A DNA stretch of 64,000 bases, taken from contig NC_043019.1 in NCBI RefSeq assembly GCF_006345805.1, positions 22,195,360 to 22,259,359 on the forward strand, written 5' to 3'. A program made the translations under genes and the position numbers. Source of the stretch: Octopus sinensis (taxonomy: Eukaryota). Below, one piece after another: positions 23,264-35,583 of the stretch (position 1 is its first letter; every line of letters begins with the position of its first letter). The notes under the pieces are model-generated. The model was not told the DNA's origin. It saw only the letters and a program-made list of their open reading frames with translations, and ran no database searches.

Positions 23264-24581
23264 ACTATCACTTTCACTGTATTGCAGTGGAACAATATGT
23301 TGTTGAGACTTTGCTAAAGAATGGAAAATGGTGGTGGTTGTGATGGCTGGAAGCTAGATAAGTCTATAAGTTGATACTGGTCTTCCTTTCTGGTCAATTC
23401 ATTTCAACTGCAAAGAGTGAACTCATAACACTAGGATAAAAAAACACCATTGATTTTCTTTTATTTCTGAAGTATTGTTACTGCTTACAGATGAAGGTTG
23501 TTAATCCTGTAATACCTATTCATAGAGACATAGAATGAACAGCTTGAAAGTTATACAGGGTGTAGCAAAAAAAAGTAAATAAAAATCTTCCAAGTACAGT
23601 GTCCTTGATAAAAAATTTCAAGCAAACACATTGTGTGCACCAGTCCAAACTCTGATGGTAAAAGAGGAGGAAAAAAAAGAAGGCATTGATGTGGGTGCTG
23701 ATGCTACATAAAAAGCATTAGGAAGGACGTCCAGCTATAGAAACTATGTTAAAACAGACTATGAAACTTGATGCAGCCCTTTATTTTGTCCATTCCTGTC
23801 TAGCCATCTAACCCATGCCATCATGGAAAACGGAAGTTAAATGATGATGGTGAAGACATTGTTACTGCTTGCCCAACTTCATTTGTAGCTGTACTGAAAG
23901 TGCTATGTAGTGTGATCTACACCCATAGTCCCTGTAGTGCAGGCGTAGAGCAGACTGCCCAACCATATCCCTTTCTCTTATCCTCTTCTGCATCACTGTC
24001 TCCCCTAACTTGCAGCTTCTTGCTTGTCCACTCTGTACGTCTTTCTTGCTCATATGGGCATGACATGGTCCTCCAACTTATCTAGAAGGGCAGTAACTTT
24101 AAATAAGAAGGACCACTCAATAGATTGGCATTCCATCCCTAACGGACATACTCCAGCCTCTTCTCCTCGAGCGTGCTTGTTGTCTCCTCTCTCTCTCTCT
24201 TTTCTACTGCTACTATCATGATCTCTGCTCTTTCTATTCTTACTATCATGACCTCCACCTCTCAGACAACCAACTATCTCTCCACCTCCTGTCAACTTGC
24301 TGCAGCCCTCACCCCTTAACCTACATTGACCACTATGCCTAATCCTTCTCCCTTGAAATGTGTTCCCTCTGAAATCTTCTCTCCACTCATATCTTTCCTG
24401 CACTTGTTGACCTGCATCTGTTTAAAAGGAATGAGGAGCAGTGCATACAAACACATTCATATACATGCACATACATGTTTATATATATATAATGGATTAA
24501 AAGCAGTGCTAGTATTGTAAACATTATTGACTGCACATACTAGGATGTATGTGTTGTTTGTTTGCAGGTTCACTCTAGTAT

Positions 24582-25080
24582 GTTAGTTAGTTAATTTTTT
24601 GGCTCAAAAGCAAAAAGCAAGGCCATGTAGGGGGACATGGAGTTAAGTACAGGGTGGTGTTCATGTAAAGAGTTCAGGCCACTTGAGGTCAAGGGAGACT
24701 TTGAACAAAGCGGTCGTCGGCATCTTCACCATCTCGTCTGGCAGCTTGTTCCACGGATCCGCAACCCGGACGGAGAAAGCTCCTCTCCTTCGATTGAGAT
24801 GAAATCGTCGCAGGAAGATCTTTTCGGAATGACCCCCGCAGCCGATGCTCTGGAGCAGGAGTGAAGAACAGCTCTTTCGAGAGGTTACATTTTCCGCTTA
24901 TGATGTGAGCGAGAATGAGATCACCACGGTGGCGGCGTTTTTCTAGAGAATAAAGGTCGAGCGTCTTCAGCCTTTCTTCATAAGACAAATTCTTGAGACC
25001 ATGAACCATGCGGGTAGCCAGCTTCTGGATTCTTTCGAGATGCTGTATGTCTTTGAGGAGATAAGGAGAAGAGGCTTTAT
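24582..25080 (-). mobile_element. CR1-group LINE 3' fragment with (AACT)n tail
   Basis: SPYLLKDIQHLERIQKLATRMVHGLKNLSYEERLKTLDLYSLEKRRHRGDLI; shorter copies at 49833-50145 (+) and 52865-53110 (+). Confidence 0.88.
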
Positions 25081-25330
25081 CATGCTTGTGTTTGACCCGT
25101 TTGAAAACCGATGTCAGTTTGTTTACAGAGACAGCTCCCTTATTATGCTGGGTGTTAAAACACCTGGAAGTCATTGGTGGGACAACTTGCTTCCGACTGA
25201 GTTCAGGAGTGATGTATGCTGACATTTCGTCATTTTTGTGGTTTATCAAGATGTGTGATGTTGGTAAGTGACAAAATGGTGAAATATCAGTATGGCTCAT
25301 TCTCTATTGGCAAGAAATCTTGAAATAAAA

Positions 25331-25476
25331 AATAACGACTGATTGACCTACTGACTGATATACATGCATGCATGTACACACACACACACATAAAATTTCA
25401 ATTTTCAAACCTTTTTGTCTGTAACATTGGTTGTCAAGCGATGGTGGGAGGACAAACACAGACACACACGCACACA

Positions 25477-25525
<49 letters not shown>

Positions 25526-25803
25526 CTTTCAGTTTCTGTCTACCAAATCCACTCACAAGGCTTTGGTCAGCCTGAGGCTATAGTAGATGACATTTGCCAA
25601 AGCCTTGTGAGTGGATTTGGTAGACAGAAACTGAAAGAACATATATATATATAGTGTGTGTGCATGTGTGTCTGTGTTTGTCCCACCATCGCTTGACAAC
25701 CAATGTTACAGACAAAAAGGTCTGAAAATTAAAATTTTATGTATGTATGTATGTGTGTACATGCATGCATGTATATCAGTCAGTTAGTCAATCAGTCATT
25801 ATT
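25331..25803. repeat. Local fold-back inverted duplication (arms 25331-25566 / 25597-25803)
   Basis: Flanking sequence plus part of a SINE copied in inverted orientation around a 30-bp spacer. Confidence 0.85.
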
Positions 25804-25807
25804 AAGG

Positions 25808-25859
<52 letters not shown>

Positions 25860-25942
25860 AAGAGTTTACAGAAAAAAAGATGAAGACAGGTGGTGTACAA
25901 AACAAACAGATGTATTAGTATAACGCTCAGGAATAGAAAAGG

Positions 25943-25980
25943 TCTTTTACATTTCGAGCCTACGCTCTTCTACAGAAAGA
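25943..25980 (-). ncRNA. Minimal type-I hammerhead-like motif, A6U family
   Basis: TCTTT-CTGTAGA-A-GAGC(gtag)GCTC-GAAA-TG-TA-AAAGA within a ~170-bp repeat embedded in (TA)n. Confidence 0.55.
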
Positions 25981-26998
25981 GACCCAGAAAAAACAAGGAG
26001 AGAAAAAAAAAAATATATATATATAGAGAGAGAGAGAGAAAGAGCTTCTTTCAGTTTCTGTCTAGAAAATCCAGAAACAAGTAATGGTTGGTTGGGAGCT
26101 ATGGTAGAAGAAACTTGTCCAAATTGTGTAGTGGGATTGAACCTGAAATTGTGCAGTTAGGAAACAAAACTACTTAGCCAAATAGCTGTATTTGCACCTT
26201 TTTATCCATATATGTGTGTTTGTGCATATGCATTTATGTGTGTTTCCAATACATTATAATAATGCTAATTTAATATATGGAATTTTATATTTAATTCAAT
26301 AATTGGCTATTAGTTTGATTCCAGGCACAATTTCCTGTGCCTTTGAAGTTCAATATTCATATGAAATGTAAAATTATTGATCCTACATTCCATATGTTCA
26401 TCTCTATAATACATTAAATCTGAAATTACAGACAGAGATTCATGTTTACTTCTTCATCTTCTCATCATTCTAGATCAGTGAGTGTGTGCATGTGTCATAG
26501 ACTGTATGTGAATTTGACATCAATGATGGGGCTAATTTTTATTTCCATTTCATGTGATTATAAGCAGAGTGAAATGGAATATATGCAGGTAAGGTGTGTG
26601 GTTAATAAATTCGTTTCTTCACTGCATATGGTTTTGGGATTGGTTCAGTCACACTTTTAATTTTCTGAATTTTCTTTTTTTTTTTTTAGTTAATTACAGA
26701 TAATCCTATATTTTGACTTCAATTCCAGCAATAGACCACTAAACATGTTTATGGGGAGAAAGATATTGAAAAACATCAATACATCAGAGGAGGGTATCAG
26801 GTGGTTGTGAGATGTGCTAACAGTAACAGCTAAATAGCCCTTAAATCTCACACAAAAAAACTTCTTTATTTTTTTTACATAGTTGTATGAACTCCCATAT
26901 GTGGAATACAAATTAACAAAATCAGAAATATTAAATTTCTGAATATCTCATAGAGATATGTACGGTGGTGGGGCGATAGAATGGTTGTATACTGTCAA

Positions 26999-27265
26999 TT
27001 TTGTTAATTTGGTTGTATACTGTCAATTTAACGTGACAGTAGGGGATTACACCACCGCTGTTTAGCCCTAGGAAGCATCGAAGCTTCCTGTCGGCTTTGA
27101 CACATTTTTTTCCTGTGTCCTTATATATTTACAAAATATATAAGGACACAGGAAAAAAATGTGTCAAAGCCGACAGGAAGCGTCGATGCTTCCTAGGGCT
27201 AAACAGCGGTGGTGTAATCCCCTACTGTCACGTTAAATTGACAGTATACAACCAAATTAACAAAA
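26999..27265. repeat. Near-perfect 267-bp palindrome inserted in a Merlin-like MITE remnant (~26850-27560)
   Basis: Arms nearly identical; 13-bp duplication CAAATTAACAAAA at 26909-26921 and 27253-27265; host homologous to 7430-7572. Confidence 0.85.
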
Positions 27266-27323
27266 ATTTTCTGAAAATTCCAAAAACTAGAAAAAGTTAT
27301 GAGGTGTTATATGGGGTACTTAA

Positions 27324-27542
27324 CCCTTTAGTGTTCAGGTTATTCAATCAAACATAATGCCTATTGATTCCCATTGATTTGAATTATTCATGCATTATTT
27401 CATATCTTCAAGATCTTGATGGTGTAATTACTTAATGTAGAATAGCATTGTAGGGTAGGTGTGAGAGCCTGGATCTGGTCAGTTTGAACATAAAACAGAC
27501 TAGCTATTTTGACCGGATATGGCCAGTTTAAATACTAAAGGG
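27324..27542. mobile_element. piggyBac-type MITE
   Basis: TTAA-CCCTTTAGT ... ACTAAAGGG-TTAA; splits the host MITE TIR GGGTACTTAA|AGCAGAATTCTACC. Confidence 0.8.
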
Positions 27543-28327
27543 TTAAAGCAGAATTCTACCTGGCTTTCTTCCTGATAGACACCATTTTGCCACAGTTTAG
27601 ATATCAGTTTTTGAAAATTGAAAATTATCAAATTAGACATTAGCGTGAGTAAAAATTGACTTGGAACCCAACAGAGGAAAGAATTTGGATCGTTGAACAT
27701 GCGAAATTGTCTAGATATTTTATTAGCAACCTCAGTTACAACTAGGTCAAAGTTGAGGGGAAATTTCTTAAAAATAAAGTACCTGTTACCTGACAGTTTC
27801 AAACTGCTTCAACTGCAGTAACAACAATATTAGCTGATGTTTACTCCCAAAGATGATGCAAGAGTACAAAATGGTAATGCAATACTTGCAATGTAATGTG
27901 TTCAGACAAGTAGTGAGAAAATAATATGAAATTAATAATAACTCGTTTTGCCCCACTTCCCTGTAGTTATTTTAAGTATTTGACAAAATGATAAAAAGAA
28001 AGAAAGCAGCTGACACAATTTCTTTGGGTGCAGATCCATGGTCTCTCAAGACCAATAGATGCCTACTACTATATGTATATATAATATGCATATATATATA
28101 TGTATATTTGTATATATTTCTTTTTTACTTGTTTCAGCCATTTGACTGCAGCCATGCTGGAGCACCGCCTTTAGTCGAGCAGATCGACCCTGGGACTTAT
28201 TCTTTGTAAGCCCAGTACTTATTCTATCGGTCTCTTTTTGCCGAACCTCTAAGTGACGGAGACATAAACACACCAGCATCGGTTGTCAAGCAGTGCTAGG
28301 GGGACAAACACAGACACACAAACATAT

Positions 28328-28391
<64 letters not shown>

Positions 28392-30038
28392 GACCGGCTT
28401 CTTTCAGTTTCCGTCTACCAAATCCACTCACAAGGCATTGGTCGGCCCGGGGCTATAGCAGAAGACACTTGCCCAAGATGCCACACAGTGGGACTGAACC
28501 CGGAACCATGTGGTTGGTAAGCAAGCTACTTACCACACAGCCACTCCTGCACCTATATATATATATATTTAAATAATGAGGGAGATAAATTGAATATTAA
28601 TTTAATTAATATCAATTTAAAACCAGTAGCCTAGCATACAAAAATCTGAAAAATCAGAGAAAATTCTAATACATGTGTATATTTAAAGAGCTAAAAGCCA
28701 ATATGTGGTCAGCCATATGCTAGAACAATGTTCTGGTGTCCGCTGAATTTTTCTTTAGAGAACATTCTTTTCTTTGTAGTTTGATCGCAGGTGATCTACT
28801 TCTAGCATATGGCTGACCACATAGTGGTTTTTAGCCCTTTAAATATACACACACACATATATATACATATGTATCTATGTGTGTATGCCTTTGTGTTTGT
28901 GTTTCTCCACCACCACTGCTTGACAACTGTGTTGGTTTGTTTACATCCGTGTAACTTAAGGGTTCAACAAAACAAAAAAGATCACATATTGTCAATGTAT
29001 TTATATCTTGAAAGTCTTAGAAGGAAGTCGTTTTCATTGATATCAATAAATGATATTTGTATGATGTAATACTTAACTGACCATCAGTTGATGTAATCTG
29101 CTGTCTACACTTGCAGAATAATAAAATTATTTTTATAATAATAATAATAATGAAATGATTGTATACAGTGCTCAGGTGCACCACAACTTGTCAAAAGTGT
29201 GTATAAAGCAAATGCAGTTTATTATGAGTTCTGAAAAGTGATTTTAATAACGTACACACTTTGCCCCTTTGTTGCAATTCTTGAAGTAGCAACTTGCACT
29301 CCCAAGTGTATGGACACCCAGGTTGTAAGATCCCAAAGATCCCAACACAGAAATGCCTTTTTTTTATTGTTATTAATCATGTTGCTTATCCCCAGATTAT
29401 CTCTCCAATTGAGCTGTTCCCATGACAAAGATATTTCAGCTATGACCTACATCTAGGACATGGTCCAAGGGAGATTTGACTGCTATTTCTGTTTATCTTC
29501 CTGTGCATACAATACCATGCAAATACACATAAAACATGCATTGTGTTTATTAATGTATAGCTACAGCCACACAACAATGCTAAATACACACACTTATGGT
29601 AGAAGTGAGCAAACAATGTTAATACATTGTTTAGTATGGTAACTGAGTGCAATCTTGATCTTGATAAACCTTTGTGATTAATGCAGGCCAGCCAGCATGG
29701 AAGGCAGTTGTTAAATGATGATGATATATCACCATTTTATATATATATATATATAAGATTAATCAGCCGAAATTGTGAGGATGATCCGGCTCTTGACTGA
29801 AGATTGAAGGCTTCGAATGTCCCGTCCGTGTTTTTTGTATTGTCTTCTAAATGTTTTGTGTTCTTGTCCCAGTTTGTATTTTTTTATACATATATATATA
29901 TATATATATATAACGGAAGGTTTACGAAAATAAACGAAAGATGAAGGCAGGTTTACGAAAATAAAGAAAAGACGAAGGCAGGTGGAGTACAAACAAATAA
30001 TGTATTAGTATGGCACTCAGGAATAGAAATAAAACAAG

Positions 30039-30076
30039 TCTTTTACATTTCGAGCCTACGCTCTTCAACAGAAAGA
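30039..30076 (-). ncRNA. Minimal type-I hammerhead-like motif, A6U family
   Basis: TCTTT-CTGTTGA-A-GAGC(gtag)GCTC-GAAA-TG-TA-AAAGA. Confidence 0.55.
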
Positions 30077-30122
30077 TACACAGAAAAGAAACAAGGAGAG
30101 AAGAAAATTGCGTGTAGGGGCT

Positions 30123-30154
<32 letters not shown>

Positions 30155-30353
30155 CTTCACATAGGCATACATGATTACATATGTGGATATGGTGTGTGTG
30201 TGTGGGTGTTGTTATAGTTACATGCACCTACTCACACAAAATTTGCTTTGGCCGGGGACAAACCCAGGTCCAAATTTTTTAATGAAAAATGTGGATTTTG
30301 TTTCAATGTTAACATTAAAACAATTGCAGGTATAATAATAATTTTTATTATTA

Positions 30354-30760
30354 TGAGGGTCAGCTGAAATGTTCATATGCTGAGCAAGACACTCTCAATG
30401 GAATGTGACCAAATGAAGTTAATTCTTTAACTTAGTTCTTCTTACTGTCCACACATTTCCCTAAGTAGTTGCAGTGCTTGGATTGCACTGGTGAAGAAGC
30501 TATTCTGTTGGTCAAAATGGTTCTCAACAGCAGATAAGACGTCATCATCACAGTGGTACTGGTGCTCAGCTGAGTGTTTTTCTATGTTGGAAAACAGATG
30601 GTAACCAGATGGAACCAAATTGCTAACATAGGGAAGGTGATCAACCACTTCAAAGCCAGTTATGCACAGCAGCCATTGATACCAAGGACTCGTGTACTGA
30701 AGCATTGTCCTTATGAAACAAGACCGCATTCATCAGTTTTTCTGGGTGTTTGGTCTTGAT
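30354..30760 (-). mobile_element. Mariner transposase 3' remnant
   Basis: GFEVVDHLPYVSNLVPSGYHLF (HPPYSPDLAPSDYHLF); TA|TGAGGG terminus. Confidence 0.75.
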
Positions 30761-31559
30761 AGCCTTTCATAATTACCTTAGCAAGTTGTTATTGACTTTA
30801 CATTGATGGTGTGATCATTTTGAAGATAATCAATAAACATAGTATTTTTTGCATTAATGTATGAATGATATATGTAATAATGTGAAATATATTTTGCATA
30901 TTAAAATGTTTAATTTTGGAAATATATCAAGTGAAACAAACATAAGCAGTAAAAATACAAATTGCAAGTATTTCAAAATGTGGGACACTACATGAAAACT
31001 AACAAAAAAGGAAGAAAATAGTGGTGCTCGTGTTCCAAAGGTACAATGAGAGGGCTCAAAAGAAGAATAGAAAGATGGGATAGAAGGGAAAAAAGATAGA
31101 AGGAAAGAAAAGAATGAAAAGTGAAAAGGTAAACTGGGTGTCTGAAGTGGATGCTAGGCAGGAGATGAAACAAAATACATGTCTTACCTATGCACTGATC
31201 AAGTAGAAAAAAAGATCATTGATAAAAAAATTGGATGGTCTTTTGGTGCCAAAAAGCAAAGAAAGAGAGACAGAGTGGAGTGGAGAAGGTTGGGGAAGAG
31301 CAAATATGGAGAAAGAGGGAGTGCAGAGGAAAAAGGGAATAAAGATAAATTGAATGATTGCAGTCAATTTATTCGACTAAAACCTTCAATGCGGTGCCCC
31401 AGAATGGCTTCAGTTCAGTGAATGAAACAAGTAAATAGTATAAGATAAAAGATAATACCTTTACTTTCTACTTGTTTCAGTCACTGGACTGCAGGCTCAA
31501 AGGGTTAACAAATTTATTGTGGCAACCTCACACGATAATTTTAGTTAAGACTAAATCTA

Positions 31560-31810
31560 TAGACAGGACAAGGTAGTTTGCTAAAACTTGTCCTTTCCGT
31601 CGTGCTGTGCCAGGTAAAGGTTCCTTCCTGTCGTGTCATGCTGAGTTAAGGCTCCTTCCTGTCATGCTGTGCCATGTCGAGTTAAGGCAGTTTGCTAAAA
31701 CTTGTCCCTCCCATTGTGCTGTGCTGTTATGAATTAAGGCTCCTACTTGTCATATCATACCTTGCTGAGTCAATGCTCCATCTTGTTCCATGCCAAGTTA
31801 AAACTTGCCC
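31560..31810. repeat. Degenerate ~28-bp minisatellite
   Basis: Repeated TTCCTGTC(G/A)TGCTGTGC..GTTAAGGC units. Confidence 0.55.
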
Positions 31811-32960
31811 TTCCCATATTGGCCAGGGGTATTGTCCATAATCAATAAAATCTTGAAAGGGATACCTCTCTCTGCACAAAATACACGAGTCTGGGGAATG
31901 GAGCAGTTCATGAACAAATCTTTGAACAGTGCTTGAGTCATCCAAGCTTTACGGTTTGAATGATAGTAAATGGACAATGTATACTTGTTGATATTCTTAA
32001 ATACATGATGGTTTTCGAAATGATAGATTAGAAAAGGTTTCAGTTTAAAACCTGTGGTATTACCACCAAGCAACAAAGTTAACCTATCCTTAAAAGCTTT
32101 GAATCTTGACATCCTTTTTTCTTCTTTGTGTATGTATGTGTGAGAAGGCATATTTGTTCTGGTAGATAACCTTCTTCTTCTTCAATTAATTCATCAAAAC
32201 TATCAAAGAATTTCTGGGCTCCATCTTTATCTGCATTTCCTGCTTCTCCTGTGGCATGTACATTATGCAAAGCAAATCTCATTTTTAAAACACAGAAACC
32301 ATCCATTACAAGCCTGAAAATTTTGTGCGTAATCATCTCCAGATCATGATTTTAAAGCCTGAAATGGACTTCTAGCCTTTGTTTGCACTGTGAGAAGGCT
32401 CATGGGTGCTTTTTTTCTGTATTAAATCTTCCATCCACTTGAATAATAATTTCTCCATTATAATAATTTCTCTGTTGTTGTCTGGTTAAAATTGTAGACT
32501 TCATAGGTGCAGAACCTTTCACAGTTTCAAAAATTATTTCTTTTTCTTCAGTATCATCAATACCATGGAATACAATAACTTCAAGTCATGTGCTAATGTA
32601 TTCAACTTCTTCCACCTTCATACTTCCGAGTAATCTTCATTTTACAGTCTAAATCAATAACCTTCTTTGACCTCTTAGCTGTAGATGAAAGCATTTTCCT
32701 TTTGCCAGTCATTTTAGGGGTATTTCAGATACAATTGTAACAAATCCACATGCAACTGATGCTTGAAAGTGACTGAGTGAGAGACAGTGTCAGGCTGTGG
32801 ATGCCTGGATCTGAGGGAGGCCTGAGTTGCCAGATGCTGCCATAGTTATCATGTGCACAGCTGCCCAACGTCCGAAAATCGATTTTTTAATTATTTATTT
32901 TTTGTGGTTGTGAGTACGGGTGACCGTAAGTCGCATAGGTCATAAGCTGAGGAAAAGGTG
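31811..32960 (-). mobile_element. Tigger/pogo transposon remnant
   Basis: FKAFKDRLTLLLGGN..FKLKPFLIYH..SNRKAWMT..FKILLIMDN (Tigger1-like DDE), GEAGNADK; TA-flanked terminus at 32960. Confidence 0.88.
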
Positions 32961-33314
32961 TACATTGCTTCAAGCTGGCAGAGTGATCAACACCCTTGAT
33001 CTCTCCCCAACCTATGTCCTTTCGCATCCACCATTGGTTGGCTCCACTGTGCTTCGTGTGTCCCACATTTTATTGATAATTCCACCTCTTACTATCACTT
33101 ACCTGTATTGGACAATTCAAACAGCTCCTCTTTCCACAACATATCATACCAACTGCCCCACCTTTACACCTCCACATTGATCTTTTATGGCTGTGTTACC
33201 TTTATTTATTATCTTTCTGCTGTTGACCTACATTACAAGAATTTTAAATATACTTACTGTCAGAGGCAATTTCAAGTTGAACTTGAATACATTAGAAGTG
33301 TATGGATGTGTGCT

Positions 33315-33345
<31 letters not shown>

Positions 33346-33383
33346 ACATATGTATGTGATGGTGTGTGACTGAGTGATTAGGG

Positions 33384-33552
33384 CAGTGGTCCCCAAGCTG
33401 TGATTTGCAGATCCCTGGTGGTCTGCAAAGGTAGTAGTACTGGGGGGTCCGTCAGCATGTTAAGCTGACAGACCTTTCAATATCCTGAGGTCTGTAAGAA
33501 AGCTCATTTAAATAAAAGGGGTCCTTGGTAGTGAGAAGGTTAAGAACTACTG
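33384..33552. mobile_element. hAT-Charlie-like MITE inserted in a tRNA SINE head
   Basis: CAGTGGTCCCCAA / TTAAGAACTACTG; TSD GATTAGGG/GGTTAAGG. Confidence 0.6.
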
Positions 33553-33829
33553 GGTTAAGGTATTCAGCTCACGAATGTAAGGTTGTGAGTTCAATTCCCT
33601 GCGACACATCGTGTCCCTGAGCAAGACATATCTGTGGAGTACTCAGCCACTTTCCTGTTCATTTCATTAGCAGGTTGTTCTGTTGATCTGGTCAACTGAA
33701 ACCCTTGTGGTCATAACCAATAAGTGCAAATTACATATCAATGTGTGTATGTGTATATATATAAAATTAACAAGTTACATATCTATGTGTATATATATAT
33801 ACATATATAATTAACAAATTACATATCTA

Positions 33830-33861
<32 letters not shown>

Positions 33862-33913
33862 ATTAACAAATTACATACATATATGTATGTATGTATATAT
33901 GTGTGTATGTATG

Positions 33914-33947
<34 letters not shown>

Positions 33948-34113
33948 TGTATGTATGTATGTATGTATGTATGTATGACTGTATCTCTGCCTATAACAGT
34001 AATACCTGAATTAACACTCTGGATACATCCCTGGAAATGCTAACTGTTACAGCACTATTCAAGCTCATTATAACATAGCTTAAGTGGAGACACAATCTAT
34101 ACACATCAGTGAT

Positions 34114-35165
34114 ATCATCATCATCATCATAGTTTAACGTCCGCTTTCCATGCTGGCATGGGTTGGACGGTTCAACTGGGGTCTGGGAAGCCAGAAGGCT
34201 GCACCAGGCCCAGTCTGATATGGTAGTGTTTCTACAGCTGGATGCCCTTCCTAACGCCAACCACTCCATGAGTGTAGTGGGTGCGTTTTACGTGCCAGAC
34301 GAGGCTGGCAAACGGCCACGATTGGATGGTGCTTTTTACGTGCCACCAGCACGGGGACCAGACGAAGCTGGCAACGGCCACGGTCGGATGGTGCTTTTTA
34401 CGTGCCACCGGCACGGATGCCAGTCGGGTGGCGCTGGCTACAGCCATGTTCGGATGGTCCTCTTACGTGCCACCGGCACTGGTATCACAACTACAAATTC
34501 CATTGGTGGTAACAGATTATGATTTTGAGCTTGATTTTTGATTTTCCCTTGCCTCAACAGGTCTTCACAAGTGGAGTTTTGTGTCCCAAGGAGGAAAGGA
34601 ATGCATAAGTGGGCTGGCTACATCCCAGGTATAGGCCACGGGATTATGGCCTCACTTGTCCTGCCGGGTCTTTTCACGCACAGCATACTTCCAAAGGTCT
34701 CGGTCTCTAGTCATTTCCTCGGCGAGACCTAAAGTTCGAAGGTCGTGCTTCACCACCTTGTCCCAGGTTTTCCTGGGTCTACCTCTTCTACAGGTTCCCT
34801 CAACTGCTAGGGTGTGGCACTTTTTCACACAACTATCTTCATCCATTCTTGCCACATGACCATACCAGCGCAAATGTCTCCCTTGCACACCACAACTGAT
34901 GCTTCTTAGGTCTAACTTTTCTCTCAAAGTAATTACACTCTGTCAAGTATAAACACTGACATTACACATCCATTGGAGCATACTGGCTTCATTTCTTGCA
35001 AGCTTATGCATATCCTCAGCAGTCACGGCCCATATTTCACTGCCATGTAGCATAGCTGTTCGTACACATGTGTCATACAATCTGCATTTTACTCTGAGCG
35101 AGAGGCCTTTTGTCACCAGCAGAGGTAAGGGCTCTCTGAACTTTGCCCAGGCTTACTCTAGCAGT
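34114..35165 (-). mobile_element. 5'-truncated RTE LINE
   Basis: LRWYGHVARMDEDSCVKK..RGRPRKTWDKVVKHDL..RDLWKYAV ORF end (34652), ~540-bp 3' UTR, (GAT)n tail. Confidence 0.9.
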
Positions 35166-35545
35166 TACATTAAATGATGATGATTGACATTGCTAAATCC
35201 AGAAACACAATATTGCATCCTCTGATCCTTCAATGAATTTGGATAGCCTCACACATTATGATCATGTACATTGTGATCTCAAGTCATGGGACACTGCTTG
35301 TAGGACTGTGACATTCATTTATAATTATCGCATGAGAGCAAAACAAAGAAACACTATCAATAATACATGCACTGACACACACACACACACACAATGGTGA
35401 TGATGATTATCATCCATCATGATGTCATCATTTAACATCCATGTTCCATCACTGGCATGGATTGGATGGTTGCACAGGATCTGAGGACTGCATCATGTTC
35501 TCATGTATGGTTTCAATGGTTGGATATCCAGCTCATAAACAGGAA

Positions 35546-35583
<38 letters not shown>

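Noticed and set aside
29787-29824. CTGAAGA..GAATGTC hammerhead-like string
   Set aside because: No consistent stem I/II register with an intact core.
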